A stretch of DNA of 57,942 bases from Gemmatimonadaceae bacterium (GCA_035760455.1 DASTSX010000073.1:1-57942), one strand, 5' to 3'; positions 10,105-20,339 are shown, counted from the first letter of the stretch. The notes: generated by a model not told the origin, from the letters alone. Made by a program: numbers and translations.

Positions 10105-10718
10105 CGCCGAAGCGAAAGAAGACACCGACGGTCGTCACCGCCGCCCAGCTCGACGCGACACCACCCGGTACGAAGTCCGAGGCACAGCTGGGCAGCGAGC
10201 GCATCCACACCGGCAAGATCATCAAGCTGGACCAGGACCGCATTCGCTATCCGGATGGCAGCGAGGCCGAGGTGGACATCGTGCGCCATCCCGGGGCCTC
10301 GGCGGTCGTTCCCTTTCTGACGGATCCGGAGGGGGAGGACCCGCAGATCCTGCTGCTCCGGCAATATCGATATGCGGCCGGTGGATACCTCTATGAGATC
10401 CCCGCCGGCCGGCTCGACCCTGGTGAAGCACCAGCGGACTGCGCCGCACGCGAGCTGAAGGAAGAGACCGGTTGCCTGGCGAGCCGGATCGAACCACTGA
10501 TCACCATGGTGACAACGCCTGGCTTCACGGACGAGCGCATCCATCTCTTCATGGCGACCGACATCACGCACGGTGAAGCGGCACGCGAGGCGGACGAGTT
10601 CGCCGACGTCGTGGTGATGCGCCTGTCCGAGGCGCTCGAGCTCATCCAACAGGGCGAGATCATCGACGGAAAGACGGCGCTCGGCATCCTCTACGCGGCG
10701 GGGTTCAAGACGGGCTGA
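10101..10718 (+). CDS. NUDIX hydrolase (ADP-ribose pyrophosphatase-like)
   Basis: GTG 10101 overlaps the upstream TGA. The Nudix box is GRLDPGEAPADCAARELKEETG. The track ORF 9669..10718 is over-extended. Confidence 0.8.
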   Translation: MTPKRKKTPTVVTAAQLDATPPGTKSEAQLGSERIHTGKIIKLDQDRIRYPDGSEAEVDIVRHPGASAVVPFLTDPEGEDPQILLLRQYRYAAGGYLYEIPAGRLDPGEAPADCAARELKEETGCLASRIEPLITMVTTPGFTDERIHLFMATDITHGEAAREADEFADVVVMRLSEALELIQQGEIIDGKTALGILYAAGFKTG

Positions 10719-10776
10719 TCCATTCCGCCTACGCGGCCCCATTCGCATCACGAGAAAATTGACCGACAACCGCACG

Positions 10777-10813
10777 CCCCTATCGAGTGTCAAAAGTGGA
10801 CACTCGATCGGGG
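10777..10813 (+). terminator. Terminator-like hairpin after the NUDIX gene
   Basis: cccctatcgagtgtc (10777-10791) pairs with gacactcgatcgggg (10799-10813). 14 of 15 positions pair and the loop is 7 nt. There is no clear T-tract. Confidence 0.45.
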
Positions 10814-11043
10814 CATTCTCGCGTTGTGTACCGAAAAGAGGACGCTCGGAGACCCCCAATCCGCAGGCGGTCGGGGCTAGTGGTGGAATAAAGCGTTGAC
10901 CTGCAACGTCTTAAGCGATGGTACGTAGTGAGAGGTGGTGGGCATGGCCCCTGCCTTAGTACGGGGCACGAAGCATCGCTCATCGAGAACTCGAGTTTGG
11001 TCGTCGGAGCGCAACCCTGTCGAAGGGCTTGGGGGATAGAGAA

Positions 11044-11679
11044 ATGGCTGACATCGCAATGAAGCGGGTCGCCCAACGTGGGCCGACGATCCGTGAGCAG
11101 CTGAAGGCGATGGACGACGCCGACGTCGTCGCATCGTTCCTGGACGGGGAAGAGCGTGCGTTTCAGGAGCTGGTGGAGCGCTACCAGACGCGCCTCCTCA
11201 ACTTCATCTACCGCACGATCGGCGACCGCGAGAAGGCAGAGGATCTGGTCCAAGAGGTGTTCATCCGGGTCTACCGGCACCTTCACCGCTTCGACCGGTC
11301 CAAGAAGTTCTCGACCTGGGCATACACGATCGCGTCGAACCTGGCGAAGAACGAGCTACGCAACCGTTCGCGGAATCCGCTCGTGCTCTTCCAAACGATG
11401 AAGGGGAACTGGGAGGACGAGGATCGACCCCTCCAGTTCGAGGATACGACGGCGCGGCCGGACGATCTCTACCGCAAGCGGCACCTGCGCGAGCTGGTGG
11501 CCGAGACGGTGGCGAAGCTGCCGGCCCACCACCGGGAGGTGTTCGTGCTGCGCGAGCTCGAAGGGAAGTCGTACGAGGAGATCGCGGAGATCACGGACTG
11601 CAACCTTGGCACGGTCAAGTCGCGCCTGAACCGCGCGCGGAACGCATTCGCCGAGATCATCGAGCCCTGGGTGGACTAG
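11044..11679 (+). CDS. ECF-type RNA polymerase sigma-70 family factor
   Basis: Region 2 reads LVERYQTRLLNFIYRTIGDREKAEDLVQEVFIRVY. Region 4 reads REVFVLRELEGKSYEEIAEITDCNLGTVKSRLNRAR. ATG 11044 is preceded by a GGGGGA SD-like element. The track start 11029 is TTG. Confidence 0.9.
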   Translation: MADIAMKRVAQRGPTIREQLKAMDDADVVASFLDGEERAFQELVERYQTRLLNFIYRTIGDREKAEDLVQEVFIRVYRHLHRFDRSKKFSTWAYTIASNLAKNELRNRSRNPLVLFQTMKGNWEDEDRPLQFEDTTARPDDLYRKRHLRELVAETVAKLPAHHREVFVLRELEGKSYEEIAEITDCNLGTVKSRLNRARNAFAEIIEPWVD

Positions 11680-11684
11680 AAACC

Positions 11685-11724
11685 GGTGAGTTGGTGAGTT
11701 GGACTGCTGGTTCGTTGGCTGAGG
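11685..11724 (+). repeat. GGTGAGTT-type octamer array (2 perfect plus 3 degenerate units)
   Basis: The array reads ggtgagtt ggtgagtt ggactgct ggttcgtt ggctgagg, with GG phased every 8 nt. It starts 6 nt after the sigma-factor stop. It is near-identical in architecture to the array at 30303..30358. Confidence 0.85.
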
Positions 11725-11850
11725 GGCTTCCAGGCGCGGGGGCCCCTCGGCTCACGTTCGGGGGAAGGCCGGGTCCGTCGGGAACAGCCCCTGGTCCCGC
11801 GGGTACCGAGGGCACATCATCATGGCCTCTCACCCCACCCACCGCGCCGC

Positions 11851-12405
11851 ATGAACTGTCGGGAGTTTCGACGCAAGCACGACGCCTATGTCGACGACAC
11901 GTTGAGTGGAGTCGAGATGGAGGCGATGGGGCGGCATCGTCGCTTGTGTGCCCAGTGTGCCGCGCTCGACACCCGTATCCGGCGCTCACTGCTGCTCGTG
12001 CACAACCTGCCGGCGATCCAGCCGTCGGCCGCCTTCAGCGAGCGCCTCCAGATGCGTCTCGCGCACGAGCGAGTGCTCAAGGCCGCACGGCAGCACGACG
12101 ACGCCAGCACGATGATGGGATTGATGACGCGCCACCGGAGCCCCTTCTCGACAGGGACTTACGTGGCGCTCGCCGCAGGGGTGGCGATGGCGGCCGGGTT
12201 GACGATGAGCGTGATGCTGGCGAACGAGGCCGAGCAGCCGATCCGGCTGGCTCCCGTGGTCGCCACCGCACCAGAGCCGGAGCCCTCGCTGCTCGCGACG
12301 CCGGCGATGGTCGCGTCGCTGCCGGCCGGGATGCCGATCTGGCCCGCCGTGTACGTCGCGCAGCGCGCACCCTGGCATCTCGCGAGCGACGTTACGGGGC
12401 GCTGA
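11851..12405 (+). CDS. Anti-sigma factor (zf-HC2 type), single-pass membrane protein
   Basis: The N-terminus is MNCREFRRKHDAYVDDTLSGVEMEAMGRHRRLCAQCA (H-x3-C-x2-C zinc motif). A central TM segment reads YVALAAGVAMAAGLTMSVML. It lies downstream of the ECF sigma gene. Confidence 0.7.
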   Translation: MNCREFRRKHDAYVDDTLSGVEMEAMGRHRRLCAQCAALDTRIRRSLLLVHNLPAIQPSAAFSERLQMRLAHERVLKAARQHDDASTMMGLMTRHRSPFSTGTYVALAAGVAMAAGLTMSVMLANEAEQPIRLAPVVATAPEPEPSLLATPAMVASLPAGMPIWPAVYVAQRAPWHLASDVTGR

Positions 12406-12472
12406 CGCGCCACGCTGACGAGGTCCGGATCGCCGCGGTCGCCACGCGCACGATCCATCCTATATTTCCCCC

Positions 12473-13522
12473 ATGGCATCCGCAGGGGAGAAAGCGCTTC
12501 ACGCGGCCCTCAAGAAGCGCGTCTTCGATCCGGTGTACTACCTGTTTGGCGAAGACGACTTCCTGAAGGAGCAGCAGACTCGGGAGCTCATCGACGCGGC
12601 GGTCGATCCCGCGACGCGCGACTTCAATCTCGAGCAGCGCCGCGCGAGCGAGCTCGATCCAGAAGCGCTGGACGCGCTGCTGAGCACTCCGCCGATGCTG
12701 GCCGAGCGGCGCGTGGTCGTGCTGCGCGACGTCGACAAGATGAAGAAGGCCGCGCGTGCGTTGCTCGACCGCTACCTTGCGCGACCTGCCCACGACACGG
12801 TGCTGGTGCTGGTGGCACCGAGCGGGGCGAAGGCCGACAAGACGCTGAGCGAGCGCGCGACCGCAGTGGAATACGTGCCGCTCGCCGGCGATCGGTTGCC
12901 GCGGTGGGTGGCATATCACGCGCAGCACGAGCTCGGACGCACCATCACCCCGGAAGCGGTCACGCTGCTCGTGGAAGCCGTGGGGGGTGACCTGGCGCAG
13001 ATCGCCGTCGAGCTGGAGAAGCTCGCGAGCTACACCACGGAGACGATCGACGAGCGTGCGGTGGCCGACGTGGTCGGCGTGCGCCGGGGGGAATCGATCG
13101 GCGACCTGCTCGACGCCGTCGCGGCGAAGGACGCGAGTACCGCTCTGGCACTCGTCCCGATCGTCCTGCAGCTGCCCAAAACCACGGCGGTGTCGGTCGT
13201 GATGGCGTTGACGGTCCAGACGCTCGCCCTCGGCCATGCCGAGGCGACGCTCGCCGCGGGAACGTCGCAGCGGGCGCTGTTCAACGAGCTGATGGCGCTA
13301 CTCAAGGACACGGGCGCCTTCCCGCACCGACCGTGGAGCGAGGCAGTGAACGCGTGGACCAGGAACGCCGCGCGCTGGACCGCCGCCGACCTCGACGCCG
13401 CACTTCACGCCCTCCTCGCCACCGACGTGGCGCTCAAGGAAACCCGCCTCTCCTCACCGGAACAACTGCTCGCCACCCTCGTTCTCGCGCTCTGCGACCG
13501 CGCGGCGCGCCGCGCGGCGTGA
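12473..13522 (+). CDS. holA: DNA polymerase III delta subunit
   Basis: 349 aa. VYYLFGEDDFLKEQ...LSTPPMLAERRVVVLRDVDKM is typical of the HolA N-terminus and overall length. Confidence 0.8.
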   Translation: MASAGEKALHAALKKRVFDPVYYLFGEDDFLKEQQTRELIDAAVDPATRDFNLEQRRASELDPEALDALLSTPPMLAERRVVVLRDVDKMKKAARALLDRYLARPAHDTVLVLVAPSGAKADKTLSERATAVEYVPLAGDRLPRWVAYHAQHELGRTITPEAVTLLVEAVGGDLAQIAVELEKLASYTTETIDERAVADVVGVRRGESIGDLLDAVAAKDASTALALVPIVLQLPKTTAVSVVMALTVQTLALGHAEATLAAGTSQRALFNELMALLKDTGAFPHRPWSEAVNAWTRNAARWTAADLDAALHALLATDVALKETRLSSPEQLLATLVLALCDRAARRAA

Positions 13523-13549
13523 GCACGCGTGCTATCCCTACCTCATCCG

Positions 13550-14650
13550 ATGCGCCGTCCCGTCAGAACGACCGTCTTCCTCCTCGTCGCCGCGACCGCT
13601 CTCGCCGGCTCAAGTGCGGCGCAGGGTGCCGCGCCCTCGAGTGACTCCCCGCTGCCGGCGACCGATTCGATCTTCAAGCGCGCCCGCCGGCTCGTGAGCG
13701 AAGGCGACGGCGCGGCGGGGCGCGCGATCGTCGACTCGATGCTCCGCGTCGCCACGGAGGGCACGCTGGCCTACGGTAATGCGCTGTTCTGGCGCGGGGC
13801 GCTCGCCGAGACGGCCGCCGATGCCGAGCGTGACTACCGGCGCGTCATCGTGGAATACCCGGTCTCGCCATACGCCGACGATGCGCTGCTCTCGCTCGCG
13901 GAGCTCGAACAAGCGCGCGGCGATCGGACCTCGGCCTTTCAGCATCTCCAGCGCTTCGTGCGTGAGCATCCGCTCGGGCCCGCGCGTGCGCGCGCAGGTC
14001 TCGCGGCGGCGCGGCTCGCCTTCGAACAACGCGACCTCACGCGCGGCTGCGCCATGATCGCCGACGCGCGCCTCTCGGCAGGAAGCGACGTGGAGCTGCG
14101 CAATCAGATCGACTATCACGGCTCCCGGTGTCCCGCGACCGCGGCGGCCGTGCCAGCGCCCGCACCGGCGACTCCGAGCACGGGTGCGTCGAGCGTGAGG
14201 ACATCCGGGGCGACGACGACCGCGGCGCCCACGCCGGGTCCGGCGACGCCACCTGGCGCGCGCTCGACGACGACGACGACGACCACGAGCGCGCCGCCGC
14301 CGAGTGCCTCGCCGACACCGATGGCGCCACGGCCGGACACCGGCGCGCCGAGGACGACGTCCGTCGCCGCGAGACCCGAGCCTCCCGCGCCGGCAGCGGC
14401 GCCGCGCGGCATCTGGACCATCCAGCTCGCCGCGTACAACACGCGCCCGGATGCCGAGGCGTTGGTGCGCAGGCTCGCCACGCGCGGCGTCAAGGCGCGC
14501 ATCAGCGGAGACGCGAGACCGTTCCGGGTGAGGCTCGACTACTATCAGACCCGCCAGGAAGCCGCGGCGCAGGTCGCCGCGCTCAAGGAGCGCGGCATCG
14601 TCGGCTTCGTCACCGACGAGCCGAGACCGACGGGAGCGATGCGTCCGTGA
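13550..14650 (+). CDS. Secreted TPR-like / SPOR-domain protein
   Basis: The signal-like N-terminus is MRRPVRTTVFLLVAATALAGSSAAQ (an alternative GTG start is at 13529). A TPR-like region and a long Pro/Thr/Ala-rich linker follow. The C-terminal SPOR-like segment is IWTIQLAAYNTRPDAEALVRRL...FRVRLDYYQTRQEAAAQVAALKERG. Confidence 0.75.
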   Translation: MRRPVRTTVFLLVAATALAGSSAAQGAAPSSDSPLPATDSIFKRARRLVSEGDGAAGRAIVDSMLRVATEGTLAYGNALFWRGALAETAADAERDYRRVIVEYPVSPYADDALLSLAELEQARGDRTSAFQHLQRFVREHPLGPARARAGLAAARLAFEQRDLTRGCAMIADARLSAGSDVELRNQIDYHGSRCPATAAAVPAPAPATPSTGASSVRTSGATTTAAPTPGPATPPGARSTTTTTTTSAPPPSASPTPMAPRPDTGAPRTTSVAARPEPPAPAAAPRGIWTIQLAAYNTRPDAEALVRRLATRGVKARISGDARPFRVRLDYYQTRQEAAAQVAALKERGIVGFVTDEPRPTGAMRP

Positions 14651-17295
14651 GCGGTGCGGTCGTGACGCCGCTGATGCAACAGTACCGGGAGATCAAGGCG
14701 CGGCACCAGAGCGCGATCCTGTTCTTCCGGATGGGTGATTTCTACGAGATGTTCTATGAGGACGCCGAGACGGCAGCCCGAGTGCTCGGGCTCACGCTCA
14801 CGTCGCGCAACAATGGCGGGGCGGCCGAGGTTCCGCTCGCCGGCGTCCCGGTGCGCGCGGGGCAGGAGTACCTGCGCCGCCTCGTACAGCAGGGCTATCG
14901 CGTCGCCATCTGCGAGCAGGTGGAGGATCCCAAGGTCGCGAAGGGGATCGTGCGCCGCGAGGTGGTGGAGACGGTGTCACCCGGCGTGGCGTTCGCCGAC
15001 GAGCTGCTCGACGGCGCACGCAACAACTTCATCGCGGCGATCGGGCGCGTGGCGCGAGGCGACGACGGCCGGCCACTCGCTGGGCTCGCCGCGGCCGACG
15101 TCTCAACGGGCGAGCTCCGACTCTCGATCGTACCACTGGAGGCGCTCGACGCGATGCTGGCGCGCATCGCGCCGCGCGAGCTCCTGGTGCCGCGCGGTGG
15201 CGACGCGCTCCCGCGCACGGGGGCGCTCGATGGCGCGCTCGTGACCGAGCGTGACGCCTGGGAGTTCGACGACGCAATGGCGCGAGACGATCTCGCGCGC
15301 CAGTTCGGCGTGCGCAGCCTCGACGGTCTCGGCTTCGAGGCGCGCGACGAGCCGGCCATCGGAGCCGCCGGCGCACTGCTGCGCTACCTGAAGGAGCTGC
15401 AGCCCGGCGGCGTGCCGCATCTCACGCGTCCACAGATCGAGCGCGCCGGTGGCGCGATGCCGCTCGACGAGATGACGCGTCGCAACCTCGAGCTCGTGGA
15501 GTCGCTCCGCGGCGGGACGGGAGAGGGAACGCTGCTCGCCGTGCTCGATCGGACGATGACACCGATGGGCGCGCGGTTGCTGCGTCAATGGCTGCTTGCC
15601 CCGCTCGTCGACCGCGCGGCGATCGAGGCCCGCCTCGACGCGGTCGCCGCGCTCGTGCGCGAAGCGAGCGCGCGCGACGCGCTGCGCACGGCGCTGGATG
15701 GCGTGCGCGACGTCGAGCGGCTCGGTGGCAAGGCCGCCGCCGGACGGGCGACGCCACGCGAGCTCGCGGCGCTCGGCGCATCGCTCGCGCGGCTGCCCGA
15801 GGTGGAGCGCGCGACGCGTACGCTCACCGCGGCGGGCGCCGTCGCGCCCTTGATGGCGCGCTGGGACGGCTGCGCCGAGATGGCGACACAGGTGCTGGAC
15901 ACGCTCGTCGAACGGCCCCCCCTGCAACTCGGCGACGACGCGACGATCGCCCCCGGGGTCGATCCGGAGCTGGACGAGTTGCGGGCGCTGCGCGACGGCG
16001 GCAAAGACGCGATCGCGCGCATCCAGGCCGAAGAGCGCGCGCGCACCGGGATCGCGTCGCTCAAGGTCGGCTACAACAAGGTGTTCGGGTACTTCATCGA
16101 GATCAGCAACGCGAACCGTCACCTCGTACCCGCCGACTATCAACGGCGGCAGACACTGACCGGCGGCGAGCGGTACGTGACGCCCGCGCTCAAGGAATAC
16201 GAGGAGAAGATCCTCACGGCGGCCGAGCGCATCGAGACGCGCGAGCGCGAGCTGTTCGAGGCGCTGCGGAGCGCGGTAGGCCGGGAGATTCCTCGCATCC
16301 AGTGCGCGGCGCGAATCGTCGCTGAACTCGACGTGCTCGCCGCGCTCGCCGACGTCGCGGCGCGCGAGGGGTACACGCGCCCGACAATCACGGACGACTT
16401 CGGGCTCGAGATCGTCGCGGGCCGACACCCCGTCGTCGAGCGCATGATGCCGCGCGACAAATTCATCCCCAACGATGTCCGGCTCACGGAGGGTGCACGG
16501 CTCGTCATCCTCACGGGGCCCAACATGGCGGGGAAGAGCACGATCCTCCGGCAGGTCGGGCTGATCGTCGTGCTCGCGCAGGTGGGGAGCTTCGTTCCGG
16601 CGTCAGCGGCGACGATCGGGCTGTGCGACCGCGTGTTCACACGCGTCGGCGCGAGCGACAACCTGGTGCGCGGCCAATCGACGTTCATGGTGGAGATGGC
16701 GGAGACGAGTGCGATCCTCCACACCGCGACAGGCCGCAGCCTCGTGCTGCTCGACGAGATCGGTCGCGGGACCAGCACGTACGACGGCGTGTCGATCGCA
16801 TGGGCCGTGAGCGAGCACCTGCACAACGCCGTCGAGTGCAAGACGATCTTCGCCACGCACTACCACGAGCTCGTGCAGCTGGCGGACGAATTAGTAGCAG
16901 TACGGAACTATAACGTCGGCGTGCGAGAGGTCGGCGATCAGGTGCTGTTTCTGCACCGGCTCCAGCCCGGCGGCGCGGACCGCTCGTACGGCATCGAGGT
17001 GGGGAAGCTGGCCGGACTGCCGGAGCCGGTGATCGCGCGCGCGCGCGAGGTCCTTCGGCTGCTCGAGGGGGAAGCGGAGCGCATGGTACCGACCCTGGCG
17101 TCGGGCACGATTGCGCCCCGTGGCGGACGCCGTCCGGGCGTGGCCACGGCGCCGACGGACCAACTCGGCCTGTTCGCGCCGACCGTGCCGCATCCCGTGG
17201 TGGAGCAACTGCGCCGCACCGACGTGAACACCCTCACACCGATTGCCGCGCTGCAACTGCTGGCCGAGCTCGCCGAGCGTGCCCGCCGTGTCTGA
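14647..17295 (+). CDS. mutS: DNA mismatch repair protein MutS
   Basis: GTG 14647 overlaps the upstream TGA. It has TPLMQQYREIKARHQSAILFFRMGDFYEMFYEDA and the Walker A motif GPNMAGKST. The track ORF from 14128 is over-extended. Confidence 0.95.
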   Translation: MSGAVVTPLMQQYREIKARHQSAILFFRMGDFYEMFYEDAETAARVLGLTLTSRNNGGAAEVPLAGVPVRAGQEYLRRLVQQGYRVAICEQVEDPKVAKGIVRREVVETVSPGVAFADELLDGARNNFIAAIGRVARGDDGRPLAGLAAADVSTGELRLSIVPLEALDAMLARIAPRELLVPRGGDALPRTGALDGALVTERDAWEFDDAMARDDLARQFGVRSLDGLGFEARDEPAIGAAGALLRYLKELQPGGVPHLTRPQIERAGGAMPLDEMTRRNLELVESLRGGTGEGTLLAVLDRTMTPMGARLLRQWLLAPLVDRAAIEARLDAVAALVREASARDALRTALDGVRDVERLGGKAAAGRATPRELAALGASLARLPEVERATRTLTAAGAVAPLMARWDGCAEMATQVLDTLVERPPLQLGDDATIAPGVDPELDELRALRDGGKDAIARIQAEERARTGIASLKVGYNKVFGYFIEISNANRHLVPADYQRRQTLTGGERYVTPALKEYEEKILTAAERIETRERELFEALRSAVGREIPRIQCAARIVAELDVLAALADVAAREGYTRPTITDDFGLEIVAGRHPVVERMMPRDKFIPNDVRLTEGARLVILTGPNMAGKSTILRQVGLIVVLAQVGSFVPASAATIGLCDRVFTRVGASDNLVRGQSTFMVEMAETSAILHTATGRSLVLLDEIGRGTSTYDGVSIAWAVSEHLHNAVECKTIFATHYHELVQLADELVAVRNYNVGVREVGDQVLFLHRLQPGGADRSYGIEVGKLAGLPEPVIARAREVLRLLEGEAERMVPTLASGTIAPRGGRRPGVATAPTDQLGLFAPTVPHPVVEQLRRTDVNTLTPIAALQLLAELAERARRV

Positions 17296-17344
17296 CCCAT
17301 CGCCTCGTCGCGAGCGTCCTCGCACCGAGCAGTACATTGCGAAC

Positions 17345-17818
17345 ATGGCGAACTTCGTGCGCTGGCGCACACGGCTTCCATGGCTTGCGCTGCCGGCGGT
17401 GCTCGGGTGTATGGACCGGGACACGCCCAAGAAGGTGGCGCAGGTCTTCCAGGCGGGCCGTGCTACTCCTGACGAGAAGCCGAGGATGGTGAACGACGAG
17501 CTGCCCTTTCACTATCCGCCGGCGCTCTTCGCGCGGAGGGTACAAGGCAACGTCACACTGCGGCTCTTCGTCGACCACGTGGGTCAGGTGACGCCGGACT
17601 CGACGCGGATCGAGGAGTCGAGCGGCTACGCCGGCCTGGACTCGGCCGCAGTGCAGGGCTCGCAGGATCTGCGGTTCACGCCGGCGAAGCTGCGTGGCGA
17701 GCCGCTTGGCGTCTCGATCCTCTTCCCGGTCTATTTCCGTCATCCCGACGCGCACGCATTGCCCGGCGACACCATCCTGCGACGGATGACGCCCGCCGCC
17801 ACTCCGAAGGAACGATGA
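17345..17818 (+). CDS. TonB C-terminal-domain protein (short)
   Basis: ATG 17345. It has a hydrophobic N-terminus. LPFHYPPALFARRVQGNVTLRLFVDHVGQV...SSGYAGLDSAAVQGSQDLRFTPA matches the TonB_C fold pattern. No Pro-rich spacer is present. Confidence 0.65.
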   Translation: MANFVRWRTRLPWLALPAVLGCMDRDTPKKVAQVFQAGRATPDEKPRMVNDELPFHYPPALFARRVQGNVTLRLFVDHVGQVTPDSTRIEESSGYAGLDSAAVQGSQDLRFTPAKLRGEPLGVSILFPVYFRHPDAHALPGDTILRRMTPAATPKER

Positions 17819-19251
17819 GCCTGTCCACGACGTCGGCGACACCAGCCGGTACGCACATGCCTGTGCGCAACACGAAGCCGTACGAGAGCGTCCTCGAGAC
17901 GATCGGGTGGACGCCACTCATCCGCCTGACGCGCGTCACGCGGGGTGTCCGTACTCCCGTCTACGGCAAGGCCGATTTCTTCAACCCGGGTGGCTCGGTG
18001 AAGGATCGGATCGGCTTGCCGATCATCGAGCAGGCGGAGCGCGAAGGCCGGCTCCGGCCAGGGGGGACGATCGTCGAGGGCACGAGTGGCAACACGGGGG
18101 TCGGACTCGCGATCGCGGCGGCGCTCAAGGGCTACAAGTGCATCTTCACGATGCCGGACAAGATGTCGCAGGAAAAAGTGCGGCTGCTCAAGGCATTCGG
18201 CGCGGAGGTGATCATCACGCCGACGGCCGTGGCGGCGGATCATCCGGACAACTACGTGATGATGGCCAAGCGCATCGCGGCCGAGACGCCGAACGCGATC
18301 CTGGCCGACCAGTTCTACAACCAGACGAATCCCGACGCGCACTATGCGACCACGGGTCCCGAGCTGTGGGAGCAGACGGAAGGGCGCATCACGCATTTCG
18401 TCGCCGCCGCAGGGACGGGCGGGACGATCACTGGCGTGGGCCGGTACCTCAAGGAGCGCAATCCGAGCATCAAGGTCATCGCGGGCGACCCGCAGGGCTC
18501 CATCCTGGCCGAGCTGTGGCGCAGCAAGGGCACGCACCGGCCGGACGGCGCGCCGTACAAGGTCGAAGGAATCGGGCAGGACAAGCTGCCCGGCACCCTC
18601 GACCTGGCGCTCGTGGACGACTATCGCACGGTGAGCGATCGCGACGCGTTCGCGATGGCGCGCCGGCTCACGCGCGAGGAGGGGTTGTTCGTCGGCGGGT
18701 CAGCGGGACTCATCACGCACGTCGCGCTGCAGGTGGCACGCGAGATCAACGACCCCGACGCTCTCGTCGTGACGTTCCTCTGTGACACCGGCGAGCGCTA
18801 TCTCTCGAAGGTGTTCAACGACGAATGGATGCGGGAGAATCAGCTCCTCGAGCCCGATCGCGTCACGCTCGGCGATCTGCTGGACCATAAGGGAGACGCG
18901 GCGCCCATATCGCTCGTGAGCGCCGCGCCGGGACAGCTCGTGCGACAGGCGCTTGGGCTGATGCGACTGCACGACGTCTCGCAGCTCCCGGTGTTGGAGA
19001 GCGGGGAATGCGTGGGCAGCGTGACGGAGTACGCCCTCACCCAACGGGGACTCGAGAGCTCCCGGTTCCTCGACGCCGTGGTCGGCGAGGTGATGGACGA
19101 AGCGTTTCCGGTGGTGGATGCCGCGCAGCACGTGGAGTCGGTCCAAAAGCTGCTCTCGAAGGCGACCCCTGCCGTCCTCGTACGCCGTGCCGGGACGATC
19201 GAAGGGATCGTGACGCGGAGCGACATGCTCGCGTATTTGATGTCGAGATGA
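17815..19251 (+). CDS. Cystathionine beta-synthase-type PLP enzyme with C-terminal CBS-domain pair
   Basis: ATG 17815 overlaps the upstream TGA. It has the fold-type II PLP motif GGSVKDRIG and the glycine loop GTSGNTG. The C-terminal roughly 130 aa look like a tandem CBS pair. Confidence 0.85.
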   Translation: MSLSTTSATPAGTHMPVRNTKPYESVLETIGWTPLIRLTRVTRGVRTPVYGKADFFNPGGSVKDRIGLPIIEQAEREGRLRPGGTIVEGTSGNTGVGLAIAAALKGYKCIFTMPDKMSQEKVRLLKAFGAEVIITPTAVAADHPDNYVMMAKRIAAETPNAILADQFYNQTNPDAHYATTGPELWEQTEGRITHFVAAAGTGGTITGVGRYLKERNPSIKVIAGDPQGSILAELWRSKGTHRPDGAPYKVEGIGQDKLPGTLDLALVDDYRTVSDRDAFAMARRLTREEGLFVGGSAGLITHVALQVAREINDPDALVVTFLCDTGERYLSKVFNDEWMRENQLLEPDRVTLGDLLDHKGDAAPISLVSAAPGQLVRQALGLMRLHDVSQLPVLESGECVGSVTEYALTQRGLESSRFLDAVVGEVMDEAFPVVDAAQHVESVQKLLSKATPAVLVRRAGTIEGIVTRSDMLAYLMSR

Positions 19252-19295
19252 GCGCGCACGCGCTCGCGGCGACGAACCTCTGCATTGACTGACCA

Positions 19296-20339
19296 GTGCG
19301 AATCACGGTATTGATGGGCGGCACCTCGTCGGAGCGCGATGTCTCACTCGCGTCGGGGCTGCGGATCGCCGAAGCGCTGCGGTCACGGGGGCACGGCGTT
19401 CGCGCGATCGACACGGCGAAAGGGGAGCTGTCGCGCCCGGACGAGCAGCGTCTCCTCTCGGAAGGGGTCGTGAAGGCGCTTCCCCCGAGTCCCAGCGAGC
19501 TGGCACGGATGAACGCCGAGTCGCTCGCCGACACGGCGGCACGGTTGCCGAAGCGCGGGGAGTGCGACGTGGCCTTCCTCGCGCTGCATGGTGGGCGTGG
19601 CGAGGACGGGACGATCCAGGCGCTGCTCGATCTTGCCGGGGTTCCGTATACCGGCAGCGGCCACCTGCCCAGCGCGCTGGCGATGGACAAGGATCTCTCG
19701 AAGCATCTGTTCCGAGCACACGACGTCGGGACGGCGAACTGGCTGATGGCCACGGATCCGTCGGCGCCGCCGAGCACCGCGAGCGTGGAGCGCGTGCTCG
19801 GTTGGCCGGTGATCGTGAAGCCGTCGAAGCAGGGCTCGACCGTCGGCCTCTCGATCGTGAAGCAGTCGTCCGAGCTGACGGCGGCGATCGCGGAAGCCTT
19901 CGAGCACGACGACGAGGTGATGATCGAGCAGTTCATCGCCGGCCGCGAGCTCACGGTCGGGATTCTGGGTGGTGAGGCGCTGCCGGTGGGCGAGATCATC
20001 CCCAAGCACGAGATCTACGACTACGAGTGCAAGTACACCGCGGGGATGGCCGAGGAGATCTTTCCCGCGCCGTTGACGAAGGAGCAGACCGCCGCCGTGC
20101 AGGAGCAAGCGCGGCGCGCTTTCGGCGCGCTCAAGCTCGGTGGATGTGCGCGGATCGACTTCCGCATGACGACTGCGGGCGAGTTCTACTGTCTCGAGGC
20201 AAATACGCTGCCGGGGATGACGGCGACCAGTCTCATCCCGCAAGCCGCGGCGGCGGCGGGGATCCCGTTCCCGGAGCTGTGCGAGCGAATCGCGCGACTG
20301 GCCACCGAGGCGTCGGTCGCGGCGGGCGTCGTACCATGA
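19296..20339 (+). CDS. ddl: D-alanine--D-alanine ligase
   Basis: GTG start. RITVLMGGTSSERDVSLASG...LHGGRGEDGTIQALLDLAGVPYTGSG...EANTLPGMT is the typical Ddl/ATP-grasp pattern. Confidence 0.9.
   Translation: MRITVLMGGTSSERDVSLASGLRIAEALRSRGHGVRAIDTAKGELSRPDEQRLLSEGVVKALPPSPSELARMNAESLADTAARLPKRGECDVAFLALHGGRGEDGTIQALLDLAGVPYTGSGHLPSALAMDKDLSKHLFRAHDVGTANWLMATDPSAPPSTASVERVLGWPVIVKPSKQGSTVGLSIVKQSSELTAAIAEAFEHDDEVMIEQFIAGRELTVGILGGEALPVGEIIPKHEIYDYECKYTAGMAEEIFPAPLTKEQTAAVQEQARRAFGALKLGGCARIDFRMTTAGEFYCLEANTLPGMTATSLIPQAAAAAGIPFPELCERIARLATEASVAAGVVP

Noticed and set aside
10896-10927. Promoter TTGACC ... TACGTA upstream of the ECF sigma gene.
   Set aside because: The spacer to the best -10-like hexamer is about 20 nt, and no acceptable -10 lies at 16-18 nt. 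ECF genes are often autoregulated from ECF-type promoters that I cannot define here.
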